A DNA stretch of 63,492 bases, counting the filler, from Octopus bimaculoides (taxonomy: Eukaryota), in assembly GCF_001194135.2 (NCBI RefSeq). It is 7 parts of 7 records of this genome, joined end to end, with 100 filler letters (N's around TTAATTAATTAA, not from the genome) between each part and the next. Parts side by side here need not be neighbours in the genome. Positions count along the whole stretch, not along the records: positions 12,225 to 30,035 come from NC_068983.1; 6 more parts are not named here. The stretch is one strand, 5' to 3'. The notes under the pieces were generated by a model. The model was not told where the DNA came from, did not search any database, and was given only the letters and a program-made list of their open reading frames with translations. The position numbers and the translations under genes were made by a program. Positions 12,260 to 24,601 of the stretch are shown here, one piece after another. Numbering within the stretch: position 1 is the first letter of the stretch; every line of letters begins with the position of its first letter.

Positions 12260-12829
12260 ATATACATATGTACATAAATGTGTGTGTGTATGCGTGTTTA
12301 TCCACATGTAAACTTACTTAAATATACACGAATACCTGTTAATTCCTACATTTATGCATACATATATGTCATATCCCTATGAATAGACGACTACACTACA
12401 ACAGCGTAATAACAATATAATCAAAACAAGCGGCAGCAACCACACGCAACATAACAACAATCTTTTAAGAACCAACAATCCAGCACGCTAACTGGAATTG
12501 TGAACTTTGAACGCCAACTTTCACTATCAACACACGACTGTGGAACTCCCCTCCCGCACGAACGTCACTTACTCAGACCGCTACTATTTGTATATAGTGG
12601 TTCAGTCCATTCTAGCCAGAGAGCGCCGTACTCTCGTACAACAATATAAAAAATATTTAGTCACACCAGACATTCGTTCTTCCACATCTGTACTCTTGCA
12701 CACGCATGTATGACTGACATATCTATATAAGTGTTTATTGAAGTATTAGTAAGAAAGTTGTCACGTACGCTTGCATGAATTCATTATATAACTTATAATG
12801 CACTCATTATATAACTTAACCAGTTTATC

Positions 12830-14000
12830 ATGTATTTACGGTGAGAGCGTATGTATGGTTTTTCTTTAAGTTTTATTTGATGTCTTGTGTTCGAAAAGTA
12901 GTTGGGAATTCTGACAGGCGTCATTCCATCTGTCCTGCATCGAGTGTGCACCAAAAAGGAAATATTCGAGTGGAGGAAGACAAAAATAAGTTAGCAATTG
13001 ACGTGACGCATTACTGGGAAAGGTATACTCCTCAATGGTCGATCGTGGGCCAGGGCGGAGACCGTGGTTGAAATTGCAGAAGTTCTGAATGTAGTTTTCT
13101 TGGAAAGGGGACCAGTAGGTGAGCTGTTGATCGAAGCACAGTTTTTCACTCAGAGCAGCAGAGGAAAATGCTCACAAGAGGAAGCATCAGACGTTTTTTC
13201 ACAGCTGCATACAGGCTCAGTGGAAACAGGATTGCGGAACGTCACCATCGTACAATCAAAGCTATGGCTAAGAGGGGACGAATCTCCCCCCTGGGGGCAG
13301 TATTCTAGTATAACACATCGCCCAAGATAGGGCAAACTGAAGAGTCAAATCCCGCAAAGAACCATATTCCCGTACGAATGGAAGGTGCTGCAGGAGCCAG
13401 AGTTCGATGGTGTCGCATCAGTACAAATCGGAGACGAAATGTGAGTGAAACATCCTAATGCTCGGTGCACAACGCAATAGAAGAAAGGAAGGGTGACTGC
13501 GAACAGTACTCGAAATAATATTATCGGTGGATGGAATGCCGCATCACATCTTGGATTTTCGGAGGGTGGCTAGTTCCTCTGAGGATGAAGAGGTGGGAGA
13601 CACCGGCCCTGTGACCCTGCAAAGATCTCAAAGGGAACGTCGACCCCGCCTCTCAGGCGAATGGACGATTTCTATACAGAATAGAGGAGCAGTGATCTTT
13701 AGATCAGTAGATCAAAGGTGGTGGTGGAGAAAAGAAGGCGAGCAACAAAGATGAAGGACCAGAAGTAAGGGGAAGTTAGGTCACTTCAAGAAGCAGCGAG
13801 TTCAAAACAGTCTTTTCTTTGGCCGTGTGTTGTGTGGGTCAGACGTATATTTGGGAACTGTCTTAGGGGAGTAGTTCTTTGTGGCCAGACGTTTTGGTAG
13901 TGGGCACGCGAGAGTAGGGCTGTTAGATTTTGCTGGTAAGAGCAACCTTTTTCTGTGCCTTAAAACCACAGTTCAAGCCGATCGTTAACAAACGACAAGG
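12830..14000 (-). mobile_element. Probable Tx1/L1 5' UTR and degraded ORF1 (gag-like zinc knuckle)
   Basis: Minus frame gives YDGDVPQSCFH, then Cys-rich remnants at about 13150-13270. Lies upstream of, and co-oriented with, the APE fragment. Confidence 0.45.
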
Positions 14001-14061
14001 CTTTTTATGTATGTATGTATGTATGTATGTATGTATGTATGTATGTATGTACGTATGTATA

Positions 14062-15070
14062 TGATGATTGCCACTTCTTTGCAGGAGAAGGCCATCTCTT
14101 CAATTAATAAATACTGTCATGAGATCTTGTATCCTGCTCTTGACAAACAGACCCTACTGCAGATCTTAACAAATATTTTAAAGCAGAAAAGTGTCTGGAA
14201 TTGTAGTTAAGTCCTGTCTACGAAGTGCTCGTTTCAAGATAGATTGTTCAATTCGTCGAGCTTCAAATTCTTGATATTTATTGTAGATCATTTGTTTCCA
14301 AACCGATCGATCTTGCGTCATCTGCTCCCAGTTTTCAACTTTCACATTAAGAACCTTAAGGTTGTTATTGACAGCATCCATAAAAGGTTTCTTAGATTTA
14401 TGTCTCAGACGTTTGCCACGCTGCAACTGCTCGTAAAACAACTGCTTTGGCAACCCGCATCCTGCATTCTAGCAAAGTGCCCAACCCAATGCATCTGATT
14501 GCGTATGAGGGTAATTGCAATACTGGATGCGTTAGCTTGCTGAAGAACAACGGTGTCTGGTATTAAAGACTTCCATGCGAGTCTAGTATCCTCCTTAGGC
14601 AAATCTGATGGAATCTTTCCAAAGAAACATAGTGGTCTTAACCTGAGCCCAAGTTCCATCAAATTCTGCTTCTCCAATAGCATTTCTAAGATTCGCCTGC
14701 ACCTCAAAGTCCCTTAATTTCAAGGCATCAATACGTTTAGGAACTTTTATTCCTCCAGATCTTACTCTACGCATGATGCGGAGTTTCAGTTTACCGCGTA
14801 TGAGCATATGGTCAGTCCCACATTCTTCACTTCGCATGACTCGGACAGTGCAAACATCTGGAAGGTCTCGATTTCTGGTGATAAGGTAATCAAGAATACG
14901 CCCATGTAGTGAACAGCTGTCAGCTGCAGGTTGTTGACCAGCTTGATGGTAGAACAGGCATTTGTTTGGGTTACCTTTTCTAGACCTGTCCCAGATTTCT
15001 GGGTGAGCAGTGCTACCCTAGAGAGGGCTGCTCAGACGTTCTTGACCTCGCCAAAGCATGCTGCTTTGAT
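14062..15070 (-). mobile_element. Internally deleted RTE (BovB-like) element: 5' UTR, EN end, thumb/C-terminus, 3' end
   Basis: ORFs 14595..14837 (ECGTDHMLIRGKLKL), 14405..14707 (IPDTVVL...QMHWVGHFARM) and 14178..14453 (PKQLFYEQL..GKR...DRSVWKQ). The RT core is absent. 5' UTR text GAGCAGCCCTCTCTAGGG...CTGCTCACC...CTAGAAAAGG; 3' end abuts (ATGT)n. Confidence 0.8.
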
Positions 15071-15074
15071 TTAA

Positions 15075-15436
15075 TAATAGAACGAATAGACTTTATACAA
15101 TTAGACTTCAAATGTTTAACAAAAGGAAATGTAATCCAAATTAGGTTATTATTGTGTTTCTTATTGGTATGGTGGTTTTTATTAGAATGGTCACCCATTC
15201 GAATAAAAGGTATAGGTGTCTTTTTACCTCTCGTATTAACACCATCACTAACATTGCTATTCTTCTTCTTATTGTTATTATTAACATTATTATTATTAGT
15301 GTTTATTAACATTATTAATATTCTTCTTCTTCTTCTTCTTCTTCTTCTTCTTCTTCTTCTTCTTCTTCTTCTTCTTCTTCTTCTTCTTCTTCTTCTTCTT
15401 CTTCTTCTTCTTCTNNNNNNNNNNCTTCTTCTTCTT

Positions 15437-15467
<31 letters not shown>

Positions 15468-17110
15468 TTATTATTATTATTATTATTATTATGAAAATAC
15501 TGGACATCATTAAAGTTTGTTATGTAGTAGTGTGGGGAATTAAGAGTATGTGAAGAAATAAGAGAATATTTTTGTGTGAAAAGTCTTAGCTTCGTATTAC
15601 TATTCCAGCTATGTTAATGTTTTTCTCGTTATGACTGCCTGTGACATTACAGTTGTTTATCTTATTAGAAATATAGATATTGGTAGGAACCTGGTTAGTA
15701 AAAGTCTTGTTATTTGGTCCATAGTTGTTAAATTTGTTTTCTTTATTATGGTGGAGTTATCTTTACAAATATACTTCATAAAGTTAAGTTGTATGCCATG
15801 GTGTTCCAATTTATGAGGGTGTTTAGAATTTGTGATGTGTTTATTGAAATTCACATCCATATAGCTGTTGTTATTGAAAAATTCATTGTTAAATTTGTTG
15901 TACTTAATTTGATATTTATAGCCAGCATTCCTAAGAGCCAGATTGTAATAGTCTTTATGCTTATTAAAAATTTCTTTATTTGAAGATAATGAGTTAATTC
16001 TATTTTCAATGTTATAAGGTATGTCATCAAGAATATTAGAAGGATGATTGCTTTGCGCATGTATATAAGTAATATTGCTATTAGGTTTATGGTATGGTTG
16101 GTAAGCTGAAGTAGTGAGGTTAAAATTTGCATCCAAGAAATTCACAGAAGTGTGATCTTGCTCGATGGTGATGGTAACTCCATGGCTTTTGAAAAATTTA
16201 TGTAATCTTTTCTGATATATTTCTATTCTACATTGGAGGCATTTCGAACTACAAATAGAGCATCATCCCTATAGAGACCACCTTCAAATTCTGGGAGTTC
16301 TTCATGGAGAAGGTGTAGTAAATAAATTCCGAATAAGCCTGTGACTTCGGCTGAATCTTGTGCGCCCATTGGTATATCAAAGCAATCTGGTGTGTCCTTT
16401 CTAGTCCAGAATTTTCCTTGGTGATGAATTATGGTCTTCCTCGTCTCAAGTATGACTTTTATTTTCTTCATTGATAAGTTAGTCCTATCCTTTGCGAAAA
16501 TAAGCGCCTTATTAAGTAGAATAGGAGTAATCGATTGATAATAACTATCAATGTCAAATTGGATGAATTTTCATTTCTTCTTGTCGCTTAGGCATTGAAA
16601 CCATTTAATAGTTTCCAATATGTTTGACCATAGGTGGAATGTAAGTTTAGAATTAAGAGCATTAATGTATTTATCCAGAATAAGTTTACTAAGTCACCCA
16701 AATGTCTGACTTACAAGGACGAATAAGCCACACTTTCGGAACTGAATGAAAATTTAGTTTATGGTCCTTCAGAGTAATCCTTGGTCTAGATGGTTGGTAT
16801 ATTTCAGTGACGTCATCGATATTGTAATTACTCATTATCTTCTTAGCTATTAAGTTGTTGTTTTTAAGGACATCTTCGTTAACGACTTTATACTTGCTAG
16901 GCATCTTTTTATGTAGAAGTTTATTGGATAAATCAATATTAACATTATATAGGTTTCCTGTTTTATCTGATTGGACAATAATACCTTGTGCTAATCTAAA
17001 CTGGTTGACACTATTCCTCAAAAATCGTAGGTGATTGTTCGTTCAATATTCTTCTTAAACTTAATGTAGCGTAGGAAGTTCCAAAGATCGTCTTCAAAAT
17101 TTTCTATTAT
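15075..17110 (-). mobile_element. Penelope-like element RT region, frameshifted and split by microsatellites
   Basis: SDKTGNLY...RITLKDHK (16689..17021); FDIPMGAQDSAE...GLYRDD (16223..16471); FLD...YHKP...YIHAQSNHP (15657..16145); LIWITFPF (about 15130). Confidence 0.88.
15280..15492. repeat. (TTC)n-(TTA)n microsatellite
   Basis: Seen directly. Confidence 0.95.
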
Positions 17111-18277
17111 CCTATTTGCAGGTGGGGTTCTTTTGGTGTGAGTGAGTGTTTCTCATCCATCCAAGCCAACGAAGTAGGTGACTAAAACATTCTTCTTATG
17201 ATTATTGCTTCACAAACCTCAGATAACCAAAACAATAATCACAAAACCCAGGTTATTCCCATATAGCTGTACTGCTGCAGTGCAAGCGAAGAAGACGGTT
17301 TACAAGCCCTCGAAAAAAATGTTATCTATCTCGATGTACTGCGCAGTTTTTATTCGTTGCTATAATTTATAAAAGTTTTTTTGCGATCTTACTTGCTTTG
17401 GTTTTTCCATTTTATTGTACAGTAATTACACGGTCTAGTTCTTTTAAATAAATAAACTTCAGTTCAGAGAGACTGCTTTCCTTCAACCATATATTGCTTT
17501 GTATGTGAACAGGATATACATATTCTCGTCAGGAACTTCATGGTCGAGTGGTTTACTTCACAACAAGTATACTTATATATTTCGTATGTGTATTTCGTGT
17601 GCAAGATTCTTTATGTGGATACGTGTGTTGAAAGAAATACAATTAAACCTTGGGAGAGGCATTATGCCGGTAATAAACACACGCACTGGTTCACTCCTTT
17701 ATTAAATTATATAGTTTTTTGTTAAATTATTTCATTGCACTCTTGCAATCTCTTCAGTAACTTGTCTCTCCACTTCCATTTATTTTGAATGTATGATCTG
17801 GCGTTGTTTTGGCGTTGTTTCGAAACTGTTCGGTATGAGCATGTGAGTGTGTGCAAGCTCGTATGTGTGCAAGTTCATATGTGTGCACGCACTTATGTGT
17901 TCGTGCTTATANNNNNNNNNNNNNNNNNNNNNNNNNNNNNNNNNNNNNNNNNNNNNNNNNNNNNNNNNNNNNNNNNNNNNNNNNNNNNNNNNNNNNNNNN
18001 NNNNNNNNNNNNNNNNNNNNNNNNNNNNNNNNNNNNNNNNNNNNNNNNNNNNNNNNNNNNNNNNNNNNNNNNNNNNNNNNNNNNNNNNNNNNNNNNNNNN
18101 NNNNNNNNNNNNNNNNNNNNNNNNNNNNNNNNNNNNNNNNNNNNNNNNNNNNNNNNNNNNNNNNNNNNNNNNNNNNNNNNNNNNNNNNNNNNNNNNNNNN
18201 NNNNNNNNNNNNNNNNNNNNNNNNNNNNNNNNNNNNNNNNNNNNNNNNNNNNNNNNNNNNNNNNNNNNNNNNNNNNC

Positions 18278-18720
18278 AATGTCCGTTTACACGCTCAGCC
18301 AAACTTCTTGCCGTTTCACCTATGTATGTCGTGTTTCTGTTTTTACACTCACCATCCATACAGCTTATTTTGTAGACTACATTTCTGGCTTTGCAGTTGG
18401 CACCAGGACTATTTTTGCACACAATGCAACTCTCCTCAACACACCTTGTTCTTCTGAAGGGATATGTTTTACATATTATTGATCTAATGGATCTCCCTGG
18501 TTTTTCTATAACATTTATCTTCAACTTGGTACTTTTGAGGATTTTTCGAAATCTGCGGGCCAGTTCTCCGTGTGGCGTGGCGTCCACAAACATTACTCCC
18601 TGGAACTTGTCGGTATTGTACCACGTGGTCTTTTTGTTTGTTTGTCACTAATCCTTTGTAGTCTATTTCACTGTTTGTTACGGTATCTAGGTTGTGTTCC
18701 ATTTGTATCTTTGACAAAGA
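18278..18720 (-). mobile_element. Penelope-like GIY-YIG endonuclease with Cys-rich linker
   Basis: MFVDATPHGELA...C..ESCIVC...NCKARNVVYKISC...YIGETARSLAERVNGH, ending in the gap. Confidence 0.88.
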
Positions 18721-18724
18721 TACA

Positions 18725-18840
18725 AAGTCCTTACTCGAATTCCGTCGAAGTCGACTGTTTTTCATCCTTTCAGGGTCGATAAAATATGTACCAGTTGAAA
18801 ACTAGCAATTTCAGGCCTTGTGCCAAAACTTGAAACCATT
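18725..18840 (+). mobile_element. SINE family 1, partial and internally deleted
   Basis: AATTCCGTCGAAGTCGAC..CATCCTTTCAGGGTCGATAAAATATGTACCAG...GGCCTTGTGCCAAAACTTGAAACC. Confidence 0.8.
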
Positions 18841-19384
18841 CATTTACACACACATACATAAGAAACATGGCGTCGAAGTCAGTCACCTCGGCATAAGAGA
18901 ACTATTACTCTTTCATAAAAATGAAAACTATCCCTTAAAACTTTTACCATTTTGAACAGTCTAGTGTAAAACTGGTTACCTTTAAATAAATCTGAAGATG
19001 CACCATTTTTGCGGAAGTTCGTAGTCGTAATCGAGTGCAGAAAATCAACCAACATCAAGCACGTGGATTTACTACTACGAACACCATGACTGGACAGGAG
19101 ACAAGATTAAGCTATTGTAGCTCACAAAAGTATCGGGAGAAATACCAGTGATCTTTCGAGTTGAATCACCCTCTCTCTGAACTGTACAAAAAGGAGAAGA
19201 GAGATGACCCAGTTGGCTAAACGAAAAAAATGAAAAACAGCAGGGGTCTAAAGGAAATATTCTATTTGCATCTCAGTGCTCAGCGACTACGACAACAAGC
19301 CACCTTCGCCGAGAAAAAATTAGCTTCTCTCCCTACAGAGCGTCGAAATGGCACGGTAAAAATATAACCAGCGCAGGTGAAGAG

Positions 19385-20600
19385 ATTCTTCCTCTATCTC
19401 TCTGCTTTACATAAATCCTGCTGATGTCGCTGTTGATGTGGTAGTTAGAAGCAGTTAATATTTTCCTAGTTGTGGTGCCAAGGCTACAGATTTCTTTGAG
19501 TTATGGTCTTATTGGATGCAAATGGCTCTGACTTCCTCGCCTTCTGTAGTCTGCTGAAGTATACTTTTGTCACTCCAGCTTTACTTTCATCACCAACGTA
19601 TGCAATATTATCATTAATTCCGAGATATTTGTAACATTCGTCACCGGAGTAATGGATGATAGTCAGGACATTGGTGTTCAGATTCTCTACCAGATCGATA
19701 ATCTTTCCTCAAATATGAACACTTATCCTGACCGAATTCCATTCTTATTTTTCATAAGACGTTGTAACCAGCTCTGCCTGTCACCTACTTCAGTACAGCT
19801 GGATCTCGACATCTAAAAAACAGTGGACACCATTAATTTTTCTCTCCTCTGCAGATCTCACCTAGTAGCTTTTGCATTTCCGTTATAGAACTCACAAAAG
19901 GTTCACTGCCAGGATGAAAGGCATTACAGATAAGCTGTAATATTTCAGTTGACAGCCTAATTTTCTTACTAATTTTTGCAGCAGCTGTTCTTATTAACAA
20001 CTCTATGGACCATGTTGTTATCAGTGTCATAATGGCATTAACAATAGTAGTTGGGACCTTAGCAAGGCATAATGACTCTAATATCGAAGAGTGGAGAACA
20101 GAATCAAACGCCTTCTTATAGTCCAGCGATGCATTCAACAAACTCCGCTAATGCCGTTTCCTTCCTTGAGGACAGCTAGTCGATGAGAAGCTGTTCGGCA
20201 CAGTTCTAGACATCTTTCCTTCTTCCTGTTCGACAGTCACCAAATAGTGTGTTTCACAGTGGACCTGGAGTAAAGCATTTAAGTAACCTGGGTACAATTT
20301 ATACATGATATTCAGGCATGCAATGAATCTAGTCTCTGACTAAGTTCTTTTCCTGGTTCGTGCAAACATCAGCCAGTCTGGTGCGTCGGAGGGATGGAGG
20401 GACAGGCATAAGGTTGGCATCCAGGTAGCCTTTGAATGCTGCAAGGTACATTTCAGACAACACCAAGAGGACATCAAAGAGAGAAATAAGTAAATCAGGA
20501 GTGTATTCGAAAGCAAATGTGATAACATTTTGAGAGTAGATGAAGAACAGATATCCTGCTGTGAACCTAAGGTCGCTGGGCGCACTCACTTAACCAGAGA
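19385..20600 (-). mobile_element. Old RLE (R4/Dong-like) LINE RT segment
   Basis: Reading right to left: IACLNIMYK, EQ, DYKKAFDSV, KYLGINDNI, HINSDISRIYVK.R.RG. Confidence 0.75.
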
Positions 20601-20619
20601 CTTGGAGGAGAAATACTCA

Positions 20620-21400
20620 ACATGCCAACAGAGAGTGATGCATGATTTCATATCCCACAAACTATATTAATACTAACAACATTGACAGGTGTAGAAAACT
20701 CTCCAGAAGCTGCAATAAGTAAATAAGTATATCACATCGCACCTAGAAGCCTAAGCTTTTGTTATCCAGGAACAGAAGATTGTTGTTAAATACCTTATGA
20801 ACAGACGAGATAGAAATGTCTGTAGACCTCCACACTACAATCGAAAATACGACACCAGTGTAGAGGATATTACATCATCAGCTGCTGCCCAAAATATCTG
20901 CCACGAGACATGACATTGTCACAGAGATAGTTTACAATACCATACGAAAGAAGAACTGCCCTAACAGTAATATTTAAGTCACATTAGAACTGGAATGCCT
21001 ATAAAAACACCTATAAAAGCAATGAATATTGATGGATCATCCCAATAAGAACAGCCATTAATTTAAGAACAACAGGTCAGACATTGTCCTTATGGCAAAA
21101 GTGTGCAAATGACATGCACTACAGTAGAGATTGGTTGTCCAGCTAATGTTGCATCAAAAACTGTCGAAAAAGAACATTAATGGAGAACTAATAAGAAACA
21201 TGTAGCATTTAGAGCCCAATTACAGATTCTCGTGCGTACCCATTAAGGCGCGGGCTACATAGCCACGGGTCTACGTAAAAACCTAGAAAAACTTGGATTT
21301 TCCATAGAAGAACAAACGAAACTAATCCATATTCTCCGTGTATAATCAATTAGTGGTGTAGTTATTATCTGCGAAACATTCCAATGGTTATTTCTGTGAG
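20620..21400 (+). mobile_element. Old RLE LINE C-terminus (Zn finger/RLE), family B-like
   Basis: FVIQEQ.I..KYL..RR; VEDI...SCCPK...RHD; R.DI; VEIGCP; NLEKLGF...KLI; terminus collinear with 31480-31650. Confidence 0.7.
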
Positions 21401-22270
21401 TTTCCCAATTTGAACAAATAAAAAACATGTAAAATGCTTCAAGGACACTGCATGTGAATTTCCAGGGTCATACATGTCCACATATACATATGGAATGCAT
21501 GAACAGACAGACATCTAAGAGTGAGGCACAAACACTTGTATACTAAAGGGAAACTCATATCTACCTCACAAGAAGAAAAATTATTAAAAGTTATTCATGA
21601 GCACATGCATGCATAGATACAAATATCAACCGATTCAGACGACCACACATTCCCAATACCTGACTTAACTGAAACAAAAGAGCCTTGTCACTTATTTAGT
21701 TGCTAGCTTGAATTCTCACAATAAAAAAATAAATCCTAAATAAAACGCAATCATCATTTCAAATTCAAAACCTGTGCATCAACGGTCCCCCTTTCTTTTC
21801 CGTTGCACACAAAAATGTTACAAATACCTAGGCATTNNNNNNNNNNNNNNNNNNNNNNNNNNNNNNNNNNNNNNNNNNNNNNNNNNNNNNNNNNNNNNNN
21901 NNNNNNNNNNNNNNNNNNNNNNNNNNNNNNNNNNNNNNNNNNNNNNNNNNNNNNNNNNNNNNNNNNNNNNNNNNNNNNNNNNNNNNNNNNNNNNNNNNNN
22001 NNNNNNNNNNNNNNNNNNNNNNNNNNNNNNNNNNNNNNNNNNNNNNNNNNNNNNNNNNNNNNNNNNNNNNNNNNNNNNNNNNNNNNNNNNNNNNNNNNNN
22101 NNNNNNNNNNNNNNNNNNNNNNNNNNNNNNNNNNNNNNNNNNNNNNNNNNNNNNNNNNNNNNNNNNNNNNNNNNNNNNNNNNNNNNNNNNNNNNNNNNNN
22201 NNNNNNNNNATCGCCTGCCTGTCTGTCTGTCTGTCTGTCTGCCTGTCTGCCTGTCTGTCCGCCTGCCTGC

Positions 22271-22322
<52 letters not shown>

Positions 22323-22489
22323 GTTGGTCAATAATAATCGGGAGAGGAAGCATTCATTACAAAGATTCATTGCCTTTCTCATTAGATGCGTTTTCACAGA
22401 TTCTTTAAAAACGTTCCCTATAAATAGGCTCGTTTCTTTGCTGTGATATGGATAGTGTTATTGGACGCTCAGGAAAGGAAAGAAAGAGT

Positions 22490-22523
22490 GTATGACGTTT
22501 CGGGCGTAGCCCTTCGTCGGAAA
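22490..22523 (-). ncRNA. Penelope-type minimal hammerhead-like motif, U4C variant
   Basis: Minus strand CCGACGA-A-GGGC(TAC)GCCC-GAAAC-GTC; stem I weak. Confidence 0.5.
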
Positions 22524-22818
22524 GATGGAAAGTTCGGAGAATGGAAGAACGGAGAAAGAGGAAAATGGTACCGATCCCCACGAGATATATATATATACAC
22601 CCACATATGTTTTTCTTTGAGCTTTATTTAAGTTCTTGAGAGAATTCAAGCCGGTTGCTAACAAAGCGACAAGACTTTTTGAGTTAAGATTTCCTGGTGT
22701 TTTTAAACATGTGGTTGAGTTGGTGTGTTGGGAGAACTGTCGGTGCATACACCCAAGTGTGTGCATCTGTTCACATGTATGTATTTATGTATATCTGTAT
22801 TATGTATTTATTTATTTA

Positions 22819-22819
<1 letters not shown>

Positions 22820-22910
<91 letters not shown>
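22820..22910. repeat. (AC)n microsatellite
   Basis: Seen directly. Confidence 0.97.
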
Positions 22911-22914
<4 letters not shown>

Positions 22915-22915
<1 letters not shown>

Positions 22916-23310
22916 CTTTTATTCTTCACTTGTTTCAGTCATTGGATTGCTCCTTGTTAGGGTTGGAACACGGCATTAGAGGGTTTAGTTGAACTAATCG
23001 ACCTCAGTGCTTAATTTTAAATCCTTGTATTTATTCTATCGCATTCTTTTTGCCGAACCACTATGTTACAGGAGCGTAAATAAACCATCAGTGATTGTCA
23101 AGCGGTCGTGGGGGATAAACGCAAGCACAAAAGGACACACATTCACACATATACACTACTTGTTTCTTTTAGTTTCCGATAAGCAAATCCGCTCATGAGG
23201 CATCGGTCGGCTTGGGGCTATAATAGAAGATACTTGCCGAAGGTGCCATGCAGTCGGACTGAACCTGAAACCATGTGATTTGGAAGCAAACTTCTTACTA
23301 CACACCCTTG
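22915..23310 (-). mobile_element. SINE family 2, internally deleted
   Basis: CTTGTTTCAGTCATTGG...GCCGAACC...GTCAAGCG...GGCTATAATAGAAGATACTTGCC...GGACTGAACCTGAAACCATGTG. Confidence 0.85.
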
Positions 23311-23618
23311 TCTGCATTTGTCGCACAGTTATAAATATTTCGAAAGTGTAATTTCCAGGTAAGTGATTTGATATGAATCGTGTGTTGAAAGTAAAACGAT
23401 TACAGTGTGGAAGACACATATTCGCCATTCAAAAAGACAAACATTTTTAACTTCGCTTAAGCATAAATTTTTGGTGTCAAAATTTTCGTCACACCATCTG
23501 CGACCACCAGGTCGCAGATGGTGTGACATGATCCTACGGCATCTATTGTGTGAAGTTGTTGGTTGATGTATGTATGTATGTATGTATGTATGTATGTATG
23601 TATGTATGTATGTATGTA

Positions 23619-23663
<45 letters not shown>

Positions 23664-24171
23664 ATGCGTTCCAAGGTTATAAGCTGTTTGTTTTTTCTGT
23701 ATAGGTCAGTCGTTTTTGAAGGGTACACTGCATTGGTTAATTAACTTGATATTTGTATTCCTCGTCTCTCTTCCTTTGGCAGCTGCCAAATATGTAGATA
23801 TGAGAGTAGATATAGCAGTAGTAGTGGTGGTGGTGGTAGTTGTAGTGGTAATAGTAGTAGTAGTGGTAATGGTAGCAGTAGAAGTAGCAACATCAGTTGT
23901 AAAAGTAATACTACTAGATTCTTAAAGCGTAAATTCTATTATTAATCCTTACAGTAAATAAGTATTTGCTGAATTAATAGTGCACACCAAGCACCCCACA
24001 AGGACTTTGATTTATCAGCTAAATTAATTCTATGGATAAAGCCCACAAGTATGTCTAGTATTTGTAAAATAAAGAATTTAATTAGCACATTATTGAAGAA
24101 AGATTGAAACAAGAAAAAATGATATAGAACTATATTTTAATTTTTAAATAATAAAATCATCAGGTAAAAAG

Positions 24172-24601
24172 TATTTGCCAACATAATGTGGCTGTCCTGA
24201 AAGGGACGATTGTTACTGTGTTTAGCACCAAGAAACATCGTTTCCGGCTGGCTATACGACACAATATCAGTGTCATATTTTCGAAGAGGGCGTCCAGCAC
24301 CCCCATCCAGCACAAAGCAACATCTGTGAACCGGTTTCTGGGTTATTACTCTCTATCAACACAGCGTAGCTGCTTGGCTAGGTGGCGTTGCTGAATTCCC
24401 GTTCGAAAATATATAGAGAGCAATAACCCAGAAACCGGTCCACAGATATTGCTTTATGCTGGATGGAGGCGCTGGACGCCCTGTTAGAAAATATAAAGAC
24501 ACATATATTGTGTCGTATAGCCAGTTGGAAACGATGATTCCTGGGGCTAAACAACAGTAACAATCCTCCCTTCCAGGACAGCCACATTATGTTGGCAAAT
24601 A
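24172..24601. mobile_element. MITE/foldback element: about 185-bp inverted arms with TA at both ends
   Basis: TATTTGCCAACATAATGTGGCTGTCCTG... versus ...CAGGACAGCCACATTATGTTGGCAAATA. Arms about 24172-24355 and 24414-24601. Confidence 0.9.

Noticed and set aside
18870-19380. Plus-strand N-terminal region of the RLE LINE
   Set aside because: The similarity (AQRLRQ, KRFFLYL) is weak and overlaps a better minus-strand motif; left uncalled.
20345-20600. Plus-strand GGTG.R 'thumb' motif of an RLE LINE
   Set aside because: The minus frame fits the pre-RT region better and is continuous with IACLN; the plus-strand match is likely coincidental.
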